From Octopus sinensis (lineage: Eukaryota): a DNA stretch of 64,000 bases. The stretch spans positions 186,001 through 250,000 of the forward strand of contig NW_021832531.1 in NCBI RefSeq assembly GCF_006345805.1, read 5' to 3'. Shown in pieces: positions 62,764 through 64,000 of this stretch; the stretch's first letter is position 1; each line of letters starts with the position of its first letter. The notes beneath the pieces are model-generated. The model did not search any database, was not told where the DNA came from, and saw only the letters and a list, made by a program, of their open reading frames with translations. Both the position numbers and the translations under genes were made by a program.

Positions 62764-64000
62764 CAATTTCTTTATACTCTACAAAACATAACTATACAAT
62801 TTTTATTAACATATTTACAGTAGATCAATTTAAAAATAGTTGTTTGAGGGTAAATTATGTTTAAAACTAATATGAATAATAGCAGAGTTATATTAATTGA
62901 TATAAGAGTGTGTTAATGAGTATGTCTATTGACCTAATTAAGTTTCTCAGTAATTGAAAAATAATTGTCAAAAGATTAGATTGCAGTAATACATTAAAAT
63001 TTTAATCTTAGAAAGAACTTTTATAAAAAAAATTTTTAAGGAAAAAGCAAATAAATTTTTGGTCGGACACTTTATTTGTCAGTAGTGGGTTAATATAACA
63101 CATTTAGTCGCTTCATTCAGAATTTGTAGATATTTCAGTACTTACACTTTAAGAAGACATGCAAGTAAAAATAAGTTTTGATTCTTCAAAACAATGCCTA
63201 CGTGGTCATTCGAACATACATCGATTTAGAGTGTTGTAGATTGTTTGGAAGCTGCCAAAAGATATTAGGTTATTAACTTTCAGAAACTTTCAGTAACTCC
63301 AAAAATCAACGACTTTACCTAAGAGCTATAAGAAGCTTGTTGAGTTCCATTAAGGCAGTGAGAAAGATAAATTTCTCTATGAGTTAATTGACGGTAGAGA
63401 TGACGAAAAACAAGAAGAAAGCACAGAGAAATCTGATTTCTATCATAATGAATTGTATAAGAAGCAATTTTATGAACTGTTTAAAAAAACGAATAATTTA
63501 TTGGATAATTTTGTTTATTGTTTTGTTATAGTATGAAATCTAAATAGCGTATACAAAATCCAAACTTAGGTTTCTGTTAATTTATATTTTATTGTCATAT
63601 CTGTTCTCTTCTATACGAGTATCAACAAAATATCGAAAATTTTGTCAAAAATCGAGTTTATATTTTTAAAAATTTTAGAAATAAATTTTCATATAACCTA
63701 AAGATGTACCGAAATTTTTACTAATTCATAAACAATTTAATTAAAAAAAGTCGAAAAAATTATGAGATTCCAGAGCTGAAATCCAGCAAGCCATCAGTCA
63801 ACACATTTGCCTAAAAAACTAACAATAATTGTTAACCTCAGTAATTAAAAAACGAATAAAATCCTCAAGACTATTACCCAAAGTCTTTCCGAGTTGGAAA
63901 ACATATTTTTCTGGCAGCCAAGTCATTAATCGTGCCAGAGAGGAATACATTGTCATAACAAGAAATAAATTTTCACAACTCAACAGTACAGATATAGCCA

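Noticed and set aside
1-64000. tRNA, rRNA, spliced-leader RNA, hammerhead or HDV-like ribozymes
   Set aside because: None recognised by eye (no cloverleaf or T-loop context, no complete CUGAUGA...GAAA core). An Infernal/Rfam and tRNAscan-SE search would be needed to exclude them properly.

Overview
Eukaryotic (metazoan) nuclear DNA, strongly AT-rich, with very small GT-AG spliceosomal introns (homology-supported examples 23-34 nt). A compact parasite genome of dicyemid, myxozoan or orthonectid type is an inference; I cannot assign the species. Recognisable host genes: CCNQ/FAM58A (3' part), IGHMBP2-like SF1 helicase, PSMA5, FBP, OPA1, AMPK gamma (PRKAG), MED16, ERP44, CPVL and CPSF1, plus two Ig-domain surface proteins and a few orphan spliced ORFs. 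Dense nested transposon clusters lie between the gene blocks: IS630/Tc1, pogo/Tigger, hAT (Buster/Charlie-type and CGGBP-like), a Ginger-type integrase element, RTE and Jockey/CR1-like LINE relics, and nine pieces of GC-rich CRE-clade RLE retrotransposons. I found no tRNA, rRNA, CRISPR array or TnpB/Fanzor ORF. The most unusual signals are: (1) kb-scale G/C strand-skew domains that flip inside genes, apparently regardless of gene orientation; (2) a 2.7-kb composite hAT unit with a ~385-bp inverted duplication and a head-to-head end palindrome; (3) CRE 3' ends repeatedly inserted, with TSDs, into DNA transposons; (4) a Ginger integrase carrying host-sized micro-introns, one GC-AG; (5) transposon ends built from 21-bp phased TTGACA repeats. 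All homology calls are from motif recognition by eye, not database searches.
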